This document shows positions 63,324-64,000 of a DNA stretch of 64,000 nt, one piece after another. The translations under genes were made by a program, and so were the position numbers. Below the pieces are notes generated by a model. The model was not told the origin of the DNA, searched no databases, and saw only the letters and a program-made list of their open reading frames with translations. Location of the stretch: assembly GCF_009914755.1 (NCBI RefSeq), contig NC_060930.1. One strand, written 5' to 3'. The stretch comes from the human T2T-CHM13v2.0 reference genome, Homo sapiens. Numbering within the stretch: the first letter of the stretch is position 1; the number at the start of each line of letters is the position of its first letter.

Positions 63324-64000
63324 ATAGTTTCATCTTTTTACCTTTAATGCATTAATCTTTCCAGTATTTATTTTGGTGTATTTCGTGAGGTAAGGCTCTA
63401 ACCTTCTTTCCAAAAGGATAACCAATTATCTTAGTGCTATTGGTTGAGTAATTAACCTTGTCCCCATGGATTTGACATGCTAAGTTCATATATTCTTATT
63501 TTCCTGTTGCCTTTCGTTGTTTTCTGCTCCACTGATCTGGCCCCATGAAATGTACCAGTTTTTAGAATGTTTAGCCATGTTTTATAGTATATTTTAACTG
63601 CAGTTAATGGGTTCCCTCTCTTTATGCTTCATTTTTGGTATATATCTTATATGAACTTTAGAATTTTTATTGTTAAATTCTTAAATTCTATTGGAAATTT
63701 TGATTTGAATTGCCTTGAATTCATACATTTGTGTAGTGCAGAATTGATATCTTTGTTATATTAATTCTATTCGGTAACATATATGTCTCATTTTTGTCCT
63801 AAATTCTTTCACATTCCTACATAATGTTTTGATTTTTTTCTTTATAAACATTATTCATATATGCACAGGAGTTTATTCCTACATATCTATTTTTATTGCT
63901 ATGTAAAAATATACTTTTCGGTTTTTTTACAGAGTGCTTATTGTTGGTACATAGGTGATATTGATTTTATATATTCAATTTTTAAACATCCATGTTCATA
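63324..64000 (-). mobile_element. Old L1M fragment, probably continuous with ~56200-56856 (host of the L1PA)
   Basis: Degenerate antisense ORF2-like sequence either side of the L1PA TSD. Confidence 0.6.

Overview
Hominoid (most likely human) genomic DNA from the middle of the utrophin gene (UTRN), transcribed on the + strand. I can place 20 consecutive GT-AG coding exons (1817-54040, 3150 nt, 1050 aa in one open frame) encoding rod-domain spectrin repeats and the proline-rich hinge 2. Their sizes match DMD exons 15-34 as I recall them, except 170 vs 176, 180 vs 183 and 129 vs 111. The introns hold about 22 Alus, a full-length antisense SVA, a solo antisense LTR12C, a full-length decayed antisense L1PA, L1/L2/CR1/MIR fossils, MER20/MER58/MADE1 fragments and microsatellites. 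No prokaryotic-type system is present. The most unusual structure is at 28698-28922: a ~35-nt L1 3' end with poly(A) and TSD, a 20-nt inverted internal L1 fragment, and a 72-bp inverted copy of the flanking DNA. This looks like a twin-priming plus fold-back retrotransposition scar and creates a near-perfect ~160-nt hairpin in a 770-nt intron. Other leads: further local template-switch scars, an ATG-led poly-Gly-Arg ORF from the SVA hexamer on the UTRN sense strand, a ~200-bp direct repeat bracketing one exon, an isolated CpG cluster over a CTCF-like motif, and an Alu polarity pattern predicting nested in-frame circRNAs. Repeat subfamilies and DMD exon sizes are from memory and need RepeatMasker/alignment confirmation.
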